A program made the translations under genes and the position numbers. 64,000 bases of DNA from the human T2T-CHM13v2.0 reference genome, Homo sapiens. The stretch's first letter is position 1, and every line of letters begins with the position of its first letter. Positions 47,284-61,150 of this stretch are shown one piece after another. The DNA is taken from the NCBI RefSeq assembly GCF_009914755.1, contig NC_060937.1; one strand, written 5' to 3'. The notes under the pieces are model-generated. The model saw nothing but the letters and a program-made list of their open reading frames with translations. It did no database searches and had not been told where the DNA came from.

Positions 47284-48199
47284 CACGTGCCTTGTAACCT
47301 GGTAGCCTCTAGTTTGTCCTATTGTGTTGTGAGATATCTAAACTCCCCTCCATTGCTTATCACCAAAATCTGTTTTGCAAATGCCTTCAAGTTCCCTACA
47401 TTGTGGTCTAAATGAAGTCAATTCTCCTGGTGAACGCTTTGAACTACTCTGTATTACCACTTGTTTCACCCCCTGGGAAAAATCTCTGCATGAGTTCTCT
47501 ATTGCTTGGAGTAGAGAGAGTGGCCCAATTCCTTTAGAGTGACACACTAGCTTCATGAACAGAGCACTTTTTTGCAGTCCCAACGTCTTCTTTTCTCAGC
47601 TTGACTCTTAGTACGGAACCCGTCTGCCTTTTGAGCAAGTTGGTTGAGGGGCTTTATTATCCTCAGCTTTCCATGCCTGGTTTGAGATCCCACCCTCTAA
47701 ATGGGGTGGAGAATGCCCTTTACCTCTAATATATCCGCATTTGAAATACAGACCCTGCCACATGCTGCTGGGCAGAATGAGAAATAACAATGGCATGATT
47801 CTCCTGAAGTAATACTGTTGCCCTTGGCTGCAAGCTGGGAAAGAATAATCTCTATCTTTTTGGCTCACCCCTTCAGAGTGGAGCTTTCATCATGCTGAAC
47901 TGAGCGGGGAAAAGATTGTTCATGGTTCAAGTCCACACATTCTTGTTTTTCTTATAAAGATTTAGTACATTTTCTTGAACAAGTGTTTATTATCTTTTGT
48001 ATGCACTTAGAACAATTTCTGGAAACTGTATTTTTATTTTTTAAAATTTGTTATGGTTATTTACTGGGGACAGAGCTTTTCATCCACCATTCTGGAACTA
48101 TTTTTCCTCCCTTGCTATACTTTACAAATTACTAGACTACTCTTAATGACAGCTATTTAGTTTGCAATTTGGAAAATAGCACACTAGCAGATTGAAGAT

Positions 48200-49030
48200 A
48201 ACCCTTTTAATGTCTGTGGACGGTAGAAATGAATTTCTGCTGTTGGTCAAAGTATCTAGGTCAGTTATGAAGAGCTTCAGAGTCAGGGACTGCTGATACC
48301 AAGTGTAATCAAATTGCTGATTGAGCTCAGATAACCATCACTGGTGTCCAGATCAACCATCCTATAACATTCATTCATTGTAACACATCCACTCTCATAG
48401 GCTAACTACCAATAATAAGACTACATGTTTGTAATACAAAGGCTACTGCTGCATGTCCGACTTTAATCAAATGCCATTTTTTCTTCACATAAAGAGAAAA
48501 GCACATTGTGCAGGTCTTTGCCTCTACGTGCTCTTGGTAAATTGACTTTCAATTGACATCCTCATGGGGCTATCAGTGTTACTTCAAAACTGTTGACAAA
48601 TTTTTAGGTTAGAATTGTACTTCTCTAGTCTTATCAGTTAACTCCAACCACATAATTGTCTTCTTTGAAACTAATATGTCATATTTTCAAAGTTCCAGAA
48701 AGTTTATAGTCTTTTATATCTATTTATATAATCTGTTTTTTATATATATGTTTGTAGTCTGATATATATAATCTGTTTTATATATGTTATTTTTATAGTC
48801 TGATATATACATGTTATGTTATGTCTGATATACATAGATATGTCTGATATATATAGGTTATATACATGAGACATATATAACATACATATATATAACATAA
48901 TGTAACCTGCATATCAGACATATATATGTATATATAACATATATATGCTATAAGGACACATTTCTATATATATGTCACTCAAAAATGGGCTTGTAGTCGA
49001 GGTATGTTGATAGGCATCCACAATGCCTAC
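48200..49030 (+). mobile_element. ERVL-class integrase remnant
   Basis: From 48529 the frame reads CSW*IDFQLTSSWGYQCYFKTVDKFLG*...NSNHIIVFFETNM, resembling the IN core WQID...VDTFSG; interrupted by a TA-rich expansion. Confidence 0.72.
48710..48975. repeat. Degenerate TA-rich tandem expansion containing gtctgata units
   Basis: gtctgata at 48757, 48798, 48823 and 48842; inverted copy near 48912. Confidence 0.85.
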
Positions 49031-49621
49031 TGTAAAAAGTGAAGTAGAGGTTCCTCTTCAAAGAGACTTTCCTCCCCACCTAATTAAGAACAAATAGTAA
49101 CTTCTCTTAAAAGCAAAATGTATTGAAAGACCTGTGCTAACACTCTTAAATATCTGCTAGCCGTAATAAAGACATCAATATACTTTGTGTTCTTAGCTCC
49201 CACAATTTAGCCTAAATATTTGCCCTGGCATGCTTATACTGGTTCAAGCAAGCATTAGGTCATAGCCTCTTCCTCTTCCTTATTGGGAGGTGTTTTTACC
49301 TTTCTCAGCATTCCAGAAGTTACTTCCTCCTTCCTTTGTTCTCCTCGGTCTTTGTCTCTTTTGAAAAGTTCTAAGTTGCTAGCCAATCAGGACAAATACA
49401 GAATGTGAGGTCCCGTTTCAGCCAATGGAAACTGGACACAGCAGTGGGGTGGACACGTCAGGTTATGAACAACCCTGTCTCCTTTGTTCAGTGTACTCTC
49501 ATGGCAAAACTGCTGGCAAGTGTACCCTTTCTGCAGAAAGTAAAAATGGTCTTGATGAGAAAATTAAATTTATGTTCAGGTGCTATTTCTTTGTGGCACC
49601 GGGGAACAAGCATTTGTAACA
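49031..49621 (+). mobile_element. ERV1 solo LTR, LTR10C
   Basis: TGTAAAAAGTGAAGTAGAGGTTCCTC...AAGCATTTGTAACA; perfect TSD CTAC at 49027-49030 and 49622-49625; CCAAT boxes at 49383 and 49422. Confidence 0.92.
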
Positions 49622-50329
49622 CTACCATCATTCTATTTTTTTGGACCTACACAAATGTCAATTAAAAAAAAATTTCTAACCCTGTCTCTCTTACTTCCTC
49701 CAGGGCCAAACATCTTAATAAGCCAATTTGCTGTATGTATATAGTTGACACAAGCAAAAAATCTTCTTCTCTTAACCACTTCCTGAAAAACAATTTTTTT
49801 AAACTATGGAGTTTTCTTAAAATATTTTTGAATGTTCAGGATTTAATCTTTATCGTTCCTAGACATACTATTTTTTCTCACATAGCACCACACCCAGAGC
49901 ATCAGGTTGGTGCAGCTTGAAAGTGACAGCCCAGTGAAAATGGGATCTAAGATGTTTAATTTAATTTTGTTTAAAGCATCTGCATTCACTAGTTTGACTG
50001 ACATGATTTCAGTTATGAAAAATAATGATTGAGTACTTGGTTGTATACTGTGTTTACTAAGTCGACCAAATCTGGCTCAAGAGGAAAATGGTTGTGGAAA
50101 TAATGGATTTCTGTAAGTTTTATTATACAACTGTGCTTGTACTTCTTGCACCCAATCCCTCTAAATGACAAGTCCAGGTGTGATTATGTGATATTTAGTG
50201 AAAAAATTAAGTTATAGTTACATGAATAGAACACATCATTTCTGTCATAGTGGAAAAACAGCAACAACCTTAGGCACTTGTGAAGGAAACTCTTCAGACC
50301 TTGAGAAACACAGGAGAAAGAGGGACATT

Positions 50330-51790
<1,461 letters not shown>

Positions 51791-51844
51791 AGAGTGGTAT
51801 ACTCATGTAAAAGATGCATAAGCCAAAAAGTTATTAAATCAAGG

Positions 51845-52331
51845 TAGGAATCTCTTTGGATTTCTTGTGTTTGTATAGCTTTCAAGCAAGTAACTTGATA
51901 TCCTTAGCAGTGGACAATCTTTTTATGAATGTTTTTACAGCATACATTCTTACAAGATTAGTGTCTCTCTCTAGAACCAAGTCCAGTCATGCTGACTATA
52001 TAGTATTGTAAAGATAATATATTCTTCCTGAAAAGAGGGGCAGTCATGCTCATTGCCCAGTACAGGACATTCGGAGTTCCTTTCTTTTAAGCTAACTTAC
52101 TGCAAGTGCAGTACATGTGGGCCCATATTGTGTTGTTTCCTCGGGACTTGGGATCTAGGGAAGGCAACACAGATGCTAATGCTCATGAAGCTGACTGATC
52201 TGTGACTTATAACATTTTTAATCCTTGATTCATAAGTCTCGTGTCTTACAAACATCATGCAAAAGATTGTGGTAGGCAAAGTTTTAGGATGCAAGTGGCA
52301 TAAAATGGTGGACCATAAATATTTTTTGGCA
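51845..52331 (+). mobile_element. LTR40-family 3' LTR of the provirus (5' edge eroded)
   Basis: Similar to 37893-38443 (gggacttggg; gctgactgatctgtga; gtgtctt; gtggtaggc); followed by TAGAT versus TGGAT before the 5' LTR. Confidence 0.7.
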
Positions 52332-53607
52332 TAGATGTAACACCTTTTAATCATATCTTTTGGATTATGTTAAGTGAAGAGTAGGTATAGACACAATTCT
52401 AAAAGGAAACATTTTAATGAAAATAATAATATAGCTAAGTTTATATTTTTTCTCATTTTAAGACAATTTTAATTTTATTAAAAACAGAAGACCATGAATT
52501 TTCTTTGTTTAAAGAAACTCCTTTGAATTATTTACAGAATAAAAAAACTTTGCTTTGAGACTTTAATATCATATATAAGGCATTATACATTCTGTAAATA
52601 GCATGAGTAAGAAATACAGACCTTAGAATGGTTAGACTGTCCATTCTTGAGTGCTTTAATCGGAATATATGTAAATATTTATTTGAACTATATTATATGA
52701 AATATAATATTTCCCCATAGTTTTTGTCACATATTTTGTAATAATATTTTATTTAATATGGTTTAGCATAATACAATGTCCACACTTGAATATGAAATTA
52801 ATACAAATCAAAGTTGCAAATGTGGTGACATTCAACGTTTCTTCATTTTAGGAAATAAATGCTAAAATCTCTTAGTTGCAAGATAAGCATGTTTCCCCCC
52901 TATTTTGTGTTCTTACAGGTCATTTGACTGAAGGCCACCAAAACAGTTGTCTCAAGTGTGAAAAGAGGTATTTACAAAGACTTGAAACATTCTTTCATAT
53001 TCCCCAATGATAATATTTCAGGCAAGTAGTCACTAATGCTATAGTATTATAAAGCTAAGAGAAATACATCTTAAAATAAATGATTAAGTTTATACAGTTC
53101 CAGAGCTGAGCAAACAATTTTTCTTTGTTTTCCAAATATTTGAGTATTGTGGTAAAATAGCTATTATGCCCTCTCCTATAGCTAGTCTTTTATCTTTAGA
53201 CAAAATTTATTTTTAATATTGAATAAGCAACACTTAATTGGAGTTTGCATCTGATTGTTGCCTAATAAAACATAACAAATCATATAATAATTCCAGTTTG
53301 AGCATTTTATTTATCAGCACTTGCTAGACAGATTAACTGTAACTTAGCAGGTGTGAACCTGAAAAAGCAGCCCTGTTTTGGAAGATTCAAAGAAATATAT
53401 ATGATTATGCACAAAGTTCTTACAATATAGGCATGTCAATAAAACTATTATTTTCATATCAAATGAGTGCTGGAAAATTTTAGTTAAATTTTTGTTAGAG
53501 ATCCTTGAATAAACAAGTGGCTTATTTTAGAGATAATTAGATTTGTTCTTAATATTTTAAAAATACTGTTTGAGATTAATTCTTCTTTTTTCATTATTTC
53601 ATTTTAG

Positions 53608-53715
53608 ATCACTATATTTTGTACAAATGAAGAAACTGAGTTAAAGAAAGATTAAATGTCCTGAACGATACCAATAACTAATGACTGATGGGGTGGTAAG
53701 CCTAGAATTGTATCT
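53608..53715 (-). mobile_element. MIR SINE fragment
   Basis: attttgtacaaatgaagaaactgagttaaagaaagattaaatg is the antisense MIR core. Confidence 0.75.
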
Positions 53716-55045
53716 TAATTGGTGACACTCAAGACCCTCATGGTAAAACACTTTTTATATGCCTCTCATGGACTCAAATATAAAGGAAGAAGTCACCATA
53801 CCAAAAATCCATAAACCCAATCACCACTCTCCCAGTAGAAATCTCTATTTAGTAGTAATATATTTTTTCTTTTGACATTGAAAAAGTATCACTTGAAGTG
53901 CTTTTAAAAGATATTTCTTTTTCAAGTTAAAATAAAAAGTTATAGAGCACTAAGAAAGAAGTCACATATTTGCAGTTGATATAATTTAGGAAATATTTCA
54001 CCAAATTTCTAATGAATTTTACCTTGTTTACTTACAGAAATTCAAATTCCACATACCAAAATATTTAAATAGAAATCAATAATTTTAAATATAAAGGAAA
54101 TATAGACATGACTAGCCTACATATAAGCTCATAATACTGTCATGTGCCAGGCTACATGAACAGTGTACACATAGTACTGTTACACATAAGCACATAATAC
54201 ATAAACACATGATACTGCTAAAAGAGGGACAGTCACTTTGATCATTTTAAGTGAAAATTTAAAATAATTTATATTGAATTATAATTGTCAATTGTCATCT
54301 AGAGTAACTATATTTAAAAATATAGTTTAAGTTATTACCCTAAATAAAACTCTAGGTTATTGAAGATGGTCTTAAAATAAATTTAGTATAGTACTATCAT
54401 TTTTATGAACATGATTTTGGTAGATTTTCTGCATAATTCTGTAATATTTCTTTATTAATTAAAGGTGTAATATGGGCATAAATTATGCTATGTAATTACT
54501 GCTTGACTCTCTAGGGCAATTCAATAGATTTCACAAGAAAGATTTGTACTATTCAAAGGGAATAGACTGATTTTTTTTGAAGAGTTTCAATACCAAAGAA
54601 TACGCCACATGTCTTTAAAAGTCACACAAGTGTGTATACCTAAGGATGTAAGGGGAGATAGTGTTTTCCATTCTATTTAATTTTTCAAGCAAAAATGGTA
54701 CTAACAATAGTCTATATGTTAATTTAATCTTTTAAAAATTGGCTTTGAAAAGACTAAAAAATAAACTAGACATACCCTATACTTTGTAAAACATATACAA
54801 ATTTTGAGGCATATCATAAAATTCATTAATGTCATGTGTACAATTCAATACTTATCATAAAAGTCTTTTAAAACATTTTGTAACCTCAATAATCTTGTCC
54901 ATTAACTGTTAATTCTCATTCTCTCACCTCTTCCCTATTTCTTGCACCAGGCAACCAGTATCTGCACTTCCTTGTCTAACTTGTTACTTTGAGATTTTAG
55001 ACTTACAGAAAAATTATCAAAATTCAGAGATTAACATTGGTATGG

Positions 55046-55426
55046 TGTATTAGTCTGTTCTCATGCTGCTATAAGGACATACCTGGGTAATTTATAAAGG
55101 AAAGAGGTTTAATTGCCTCACAGTTTGGCATGGCTAGGTATGCCTCAGAAAACTTACAAGCATGGTGGAAGGGGAAGCAAACACATCCTTCTTCACAAGG
55201 CAGCAGGAAGGAGAAGATTGTGGGCAAAAGAGTTAGCGGTGGGGGGAAAACCCCTTATAAAACCATCAAATCTCAGGAGAACTCATTCACTATCATGAAA
55301 ATAGTATGAGGGTAACCACCCCCATGATTCAATTACCTCCTACTGGGACCCTCCCACAACACCTGGGGATTATGGGAACTACAATTCAAGCTGAGATTTG
55401 GGAGGAGACACAGCCAAACCTTATCA
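55046..55426 (-). mobile_element. THE1 (THE1C-like) MaLR solo LTR
   Basis: TGTATTAGTCTGTTCTCATGCTGCT...CAGCCAAACCTTATCA; perfect TSD TATGG at 55041-55045 and 55427-55431. Confidence 0.93.
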
Positions 55427-55529
55427 TATGGTATGATGAACTGAACAGCAGAATTTATTTGGATTTCACCATTAATATTCATTTTCTGATTTGGAATCTA
55501 ATCTAGGATTGTTTTATTTCTCATCTTCC

Positions 55530-56053
55530 TGTGATAAGTAGAATTAAGCTCGTCCTCTCTTCTTCCCCAAGATGTTGTTCTTTAATCCCCAATACCTGTG
55601 AATATTTTACTTGACATGGTAATAGACTTTGCAGATGTGATTAAAGGTATAGGTGCTGAGTTAGGCAAATTATTCTTTATTTTCCAGGTGGGTTCTTTCT
55701 TATTGCATGAATCCTTAAAAACAGAAAATTGTTCCTGGGCGTAGTCACAGATCGATGTGAAGATAGAAGACAGGTGAGAGAGTTGTGAAGTTGTTTGCAT
55801 GAAAGATAAGGAAAATGGGTCAAACCAAAAAAGGTTAGTCATCCACTGGAAGCTAGAACAGCCAAGGAACTATATTTTATCCCAGAACCTATATAAAGAA
55901 ACACAGCCCCGCTAACACCTTCTTTTAGCCCATGAGAACCATGTCAAACTTCTGACGTACAGAAGAGTAAGACATTAAACTTGCGTTAAGCTACTAAATT
56001 TGTGGTTTTTTTTTTTTTTTTTTTTTTTTTACAGCAGCTTAGGGAATCTAATA
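55530..56053 (+). mobile_element. MLT1D MaLR LTR with an internal poly-T expansion at 56006-56030
   Basis: gactttgcagatgtgattaa; tggaagctagaacagccaagg; ctactaaatttgtgg(T)n acagcagc. Confidence 0.82.
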
Positions 56054-57396
56054 GTTTTCTCCAATCTGTGACAAAATTCAGTGTTCCATTACATTTTATG
56101 ATCTTGATATTTTTTAGCAGTCAGGTCATTTATGTATAGAATGTTTCTTAAGTTTTGTTTCTCTGACTTTTTAATGATCAGATTGGAAAGGACACCACAA
56201 AACTGGTTTGCCCTTCTCCGTGCATAAATCAGGGAGTTACATGGTGTTAACCCAGGCATTGTTTATGGTATTGACCTTGAGCAATTAGTTAAAACAGTAT
56301 CTGCTAAAATTATACACTGTACATTTACTAGTTTTCTTTTATAATATAGTTTATAATTCTCATTTTGGAATTCCATTGGTGATTTTCTATCCCTCATACT
56401 TTCTACAATTTTAATTGGGTCTCTTCTCTAAAGAGTTGTGTCTTTCTTTCTTCCACTCTTTCTTTCATCAGCAGGGAATCATGAGTGCTTATTTTATTCT
56501 TTAGGTTATAATTCAATGTTATCATTATTGATTTTGTTTGTCAAGGTATTGTAAGTTTGCTGTGGGGAAAATTTTCAGGTTAGTTCCCTATGCACTTTTG
56601 ACATTCCCCTGTTTTCTTTTCTTTCTCCAGCACCAGAATCAATGAACTCTGCAAAGATCCTGGACTCCTTCTCCTGCTGCATAATAAAGGTCTGGGCACT
56701 GGGTCTGCTTCTTGCTCCTGGGGTATTACTGATGGATTTTGAACTATAGAAGGGAAAAATGTTCTTCAGTGATTTTTAATATTAATGCTCAGAGTGACTA
56801 TTGGGTTAGAGAAGCAATTTACACAGGAGTTTAGTTTAGAGAAGCAATTTACACATTAATTTCTGTTGTCTTGAGTCATTTATTTTTTATTTCTATTACT
56901 CTGAAATTTTAATCAGAAACCACAGTTTTTATTGTGCTTATTATCATTGTGTAAAATGAGCACAATGCTATAGTAGGGATATTCAAGAAAACAATCATTG
57001 TTGCAGAGCATTATTGATGATTATGTTTTGGAGCAAGATAAAATTAAGCATGAAAAATATTATTGTAAAAGAAAAATATAATTAAATATCAAAGATTATC
57101 TCAAATAACTATGATAATAATGTTGTTCTTAAAGAACTTAAATCCTGGGCAAACTACTTCCACTGTCAGTCCTCAGAGCTGTCATAAATAGCCTTGTATG
57201 TGCTTTTAGTATTGATTTGTACTAGGGTCTTTGGAAATTTTACTTCTTTAGTCAAAACTATTGATAGTAGAAGCTTAGAACTTCATATCCTAAAATAGGT
57301 CTTGACTTCAGGAAAGTGGCTTGACACCCAAGTAAAAACTTTTACAGTATTACTTAACTTTATTAAACTTTAGGAATTTTATTTAAAATTAAGAAT

Positions 57397-57734
<338 letters not shown>

Positions 57735-57764
<30 letters not shown>
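57735..57764. repeat. (TA)n microsatellite adjoining the Alu tail
   Basis: Pure TA run. Confidence 0.95.
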
Positions 57765-57768
<4 letters not shown>

Positions 57769-58929
57769 TGATTTTGTAAGGGTTGGTTTAAATGCTATAG
57801 TTCATTCATATATATAATTTTGGAACATTCTTTAAATCGGTATCTTGTACCTCCATATATTCTTAACGATACTGCAGTTAAATTGGTTTTGTTTTAAATG
57901 AATTGCTCAAATCTGCTGTGGAATCAGAATAAACTAGATAGACAAACTTTTTGGCATTATTTTCCTGGGAAGGTCAGAAATATCTGAATGAGAGTCTAAG
58001 GAGCTCTTCTATGAGTAAAATGCATAGACTTTGGTGCTTAATCCTTATATTATCTAATTTGGCAGCTCTGAGAAATTATTTGTTCTGTGCTTCTTATTTG
58101 CCCCAAATTGAACTCTTTCATGCTTCAATGGGTGCTTCTAATTTTAATGTATTTTTGGTTGGATGACTATGCCTTGCTAATCCTATCCACATCCCCCATT
58201 AGTTTATTAAAGACTCAGCAGTCATAATTTCAAAAGGCTTAGTTTTATTAGACAAACAATTTTAATACTTTTAGCCTCTCCTCAAAAAGCAGTTACAGTG
58301 TCTTTCTGCTCCTCTATACCCAAGGTGGAAATATTGCTTATCATTTACACTTGGAGAATATTGAACGTGAAAGGGGGTACTAGTGGGCTACAGGACAAGT
58401 GAAATATGCATTGGAGTACATAAAGTCTATTGATTATGCTACATATACAACTTTTATAATTTTAAATAACTAAGTTTTTTAAAATCAGATTAGTATTCCA
58501 ATAAGGATGCGCTATAGTTTATAAAAGGGATCAAATTATTTGCATTTAATATCAGGATTTTACTTTTGTCAAGGTTTTTTTTGATAAGAGGAAGCTTTAC
58601 CAGAGTTTCTCTTTCTGTCTTATTCTGTTTTCTATCAATTACCAGGAACCATGAGTTGCTCAAGCTACTTAGATTTTTTCATGTAATTGTCCAACATATG
58701 CATGATATTTATATGATTACATGTTTTCATTTGAGAAATCCAAAGCTAGGAGAATTTAAGTGTAATTTCTAAAACTTCTGATAGAACAGAGGTTCAGATT
58801 TGCAATCAAGTGCCATATCATTTCAAATCCTCCTTCACAAATCTCATGGAAAAATAGTATTATTACATTTATATTTTAGGTTTCCTCAACTTTAAGTTTC
58901 ACAATTTATTAAATATTAATTGTTCAAAG

Positions 58930-59170
58930 ACAAAAAGTGTGGAGCATATGAGACTATACCCTAAAGCTATATTCCTCAGATGAAATCACAGCTCTGCTAC
59001 CTACAAGCTATGTGATCTTGGAAAAGTCACAAGTTTTCTGCCCTGAGTTCCCTTATTCTATGAACCCTCCCAGAGGAACCCATAGTTGTTTTGAAGAATA
59101 AATCAGTTTATGTAATTAAAGTATTTATCTATTTTATAATAAGTTTGTTACCATATGTGAAGTGTTTATA
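58930..59170 (+). mobile_element. MIR SINE
   Basis: tgaaatcacagctctgctacctacaagctatgtgatcttggaaaagtcac...ctgagttcccttatt. Confidence 0.75.
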
Positions 59171-60310
59171 TTTATTTCATTCTAATTTTGAACTGTAATT
59201 AGATTTAATATATCTAATAAATATGTTTAGTTATAGCTAATTAAAATATAAAAATTTATATAAGGAAATATAAATATATTCATACATATTTTATCAGCAT
59301 TATATATATGCATGTTTTTAAGTAATATATCCTTAGAAGTATATCTGCTTATATATTTTACAAATGTGCATATGTAACTATAAGAGGTATATATTTGTAA
59401 ATAAATAAATATAAATATAATATATAAGGTAAGTGAAAAATACTTTACAACAATTTGGATAATATATGTAAAGTGCTAATATTTATTACATCTTAGTTAT
59501 TTTGATACTTCATTACTAGGAAGAAGTCTATGTTATCTACAAACTTAGAAGTTTTCACTTTAATATAATTTCTACTCTGCTGAGAAAAATATTCATAAGA
59601 AACTGGTCACAGAATGGGACAAAGGGGAAATGTTGCCATTTATTTAGATGCTACAATAAGAATATACCTATAATCTTTGTTCCCATCTTCATATCCTAAA
59701 TCAATTCCTCATTCATCTACGTATACTTCATTAATCTCATTAACCCTATTTTAAATATGGTGTACTTTAGAACACTGCTGTTATTGAAAATTTGAATAAA
59801 TAAAACATATCCTTTGGTTATACTTTTTCTCCATGCTTCTTATCCCTTCAAAACAAAAATTTAGAAAATTGTCATTAAAGCTACTTTTCTTTTGAGATGC
59901 TGTCATACACTCCTCAGAAAAATGGTGCAAAGTTGGTATAAAGTTCAGGCAAAATAACAGCAAGAACAACATAGTTGAAATGTGGTGTCAGGGCACTCGC
60001 CCAAGCCTGGAGAATTGCCAGTGATATAGCTGTGGTATAAACCCATATATGCTTGGCTCCAAAGCTACTGTCTTTTCACTGTGTTGATTTTTCTCAGGAA
60101 GTGAAATTCTGCTTCATCGATGAATAACAGGATTTTATATAAAACTTTGAATGACATAGGAGGGACAATTTGCATAGAACAACAAGTCCTCAAACTGGCC
60201 ACAAGGTATTTATAATGTATAAGCTAGGTTGTAAATTTTGTTATATTTTTCATGAAAAATACAATTTATGCAAATTTATTTTTCTTACTAAAACCATGGA
60301 TCAAATAAGA

Positions 60311-60333
60311 TGTGTGTGTGTGTGTGTGTGTGT
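60311..60333. repeat. (TG)n microsatellite
   Basis: Pure TG run. Confidence 0.95.
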
Positions 60334-60984
60334 TTAAAGAAGTTTAAAATTGTTAGATGAAAAAAATCATTAAGAATATACTAAAATATGTCAAAATCAT
60401 GTACATTTTGATTTGCAAACTGAATCTTGGTACAATTTAGGTCAAACTGTTTATATTCCCTATGGATTAAGTAAAAGCATAATATGTACTAAATAAATTG
60501 TTCAAGGTCTCATGGTAAATTTTATGAAATCCTGAATGAGAACATACTTCCCCTGACATTAAAGAGTTGTTCTTTATTTATTCCTAATGCATTGCCTATA
60601 CATTTTTATAATTTAGAGAAGTATGTTACATAAATATTAGTATATGCAAAAACCAAATAACTATAAAATACACATGACAACTCTGCTGTCAGTTTGACCT
60701 ATATAAATTAATGTGCCACCTCTAATAAGTAAAAAATAATTACTATGTAATAACTTTTCTCAGAAATAAATACTTTCATTAATGTGGTCATAGATGTTTT
60801 GTATGTCACATGTGTATTTCATAAGTGCAAGTTATTTAACAAATAAAAGTTCGTAAGAGTTTAAGAAGATTCTTAGCTGCAAGGTGAAATCCCTGTAATA
60901 ATTGCATAGTTAATAATCACTATTAATTATAATTTGACCTTATTCATGAGGATTGAATAAGCTATAATGTCTGGAATTTTATTA

Positions 60985-61150
60985 AATGCAGAGGCTCTGA
61001 ATTAAGAAATATTTTTTACAATTTGCTAGCTATGTTATCTTAGAAAATTTATTGTTCTTTCTGTGCCTCTCATTTTTCTATAACATGAGAATTATAATAC
61101 GGGAGAAGCTGATTATGAGGAATAAAAAGTTCATCTGCAGCATTTCCAAA
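60985..61150 (+). mobile_element. MIR SINE fragment
   Basis: atttgctagctatgttatcttag...ctgtgcctctcatttttctataacatgagaattataata. Confidence 0.65.

Larger units (their letters stand above)
54760..56740 (-). mobile_element. Old L1 3' fragments (L1ME/L1MC-like) hosting THE1 and MLT1D insertions
   Basis: ttttagacttacagaaaaattatcaaaa; ggaaaggacaccaca; ccagaatcaatgaactctgcaaagatcctgg; approximate. Confidence 0.65.
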
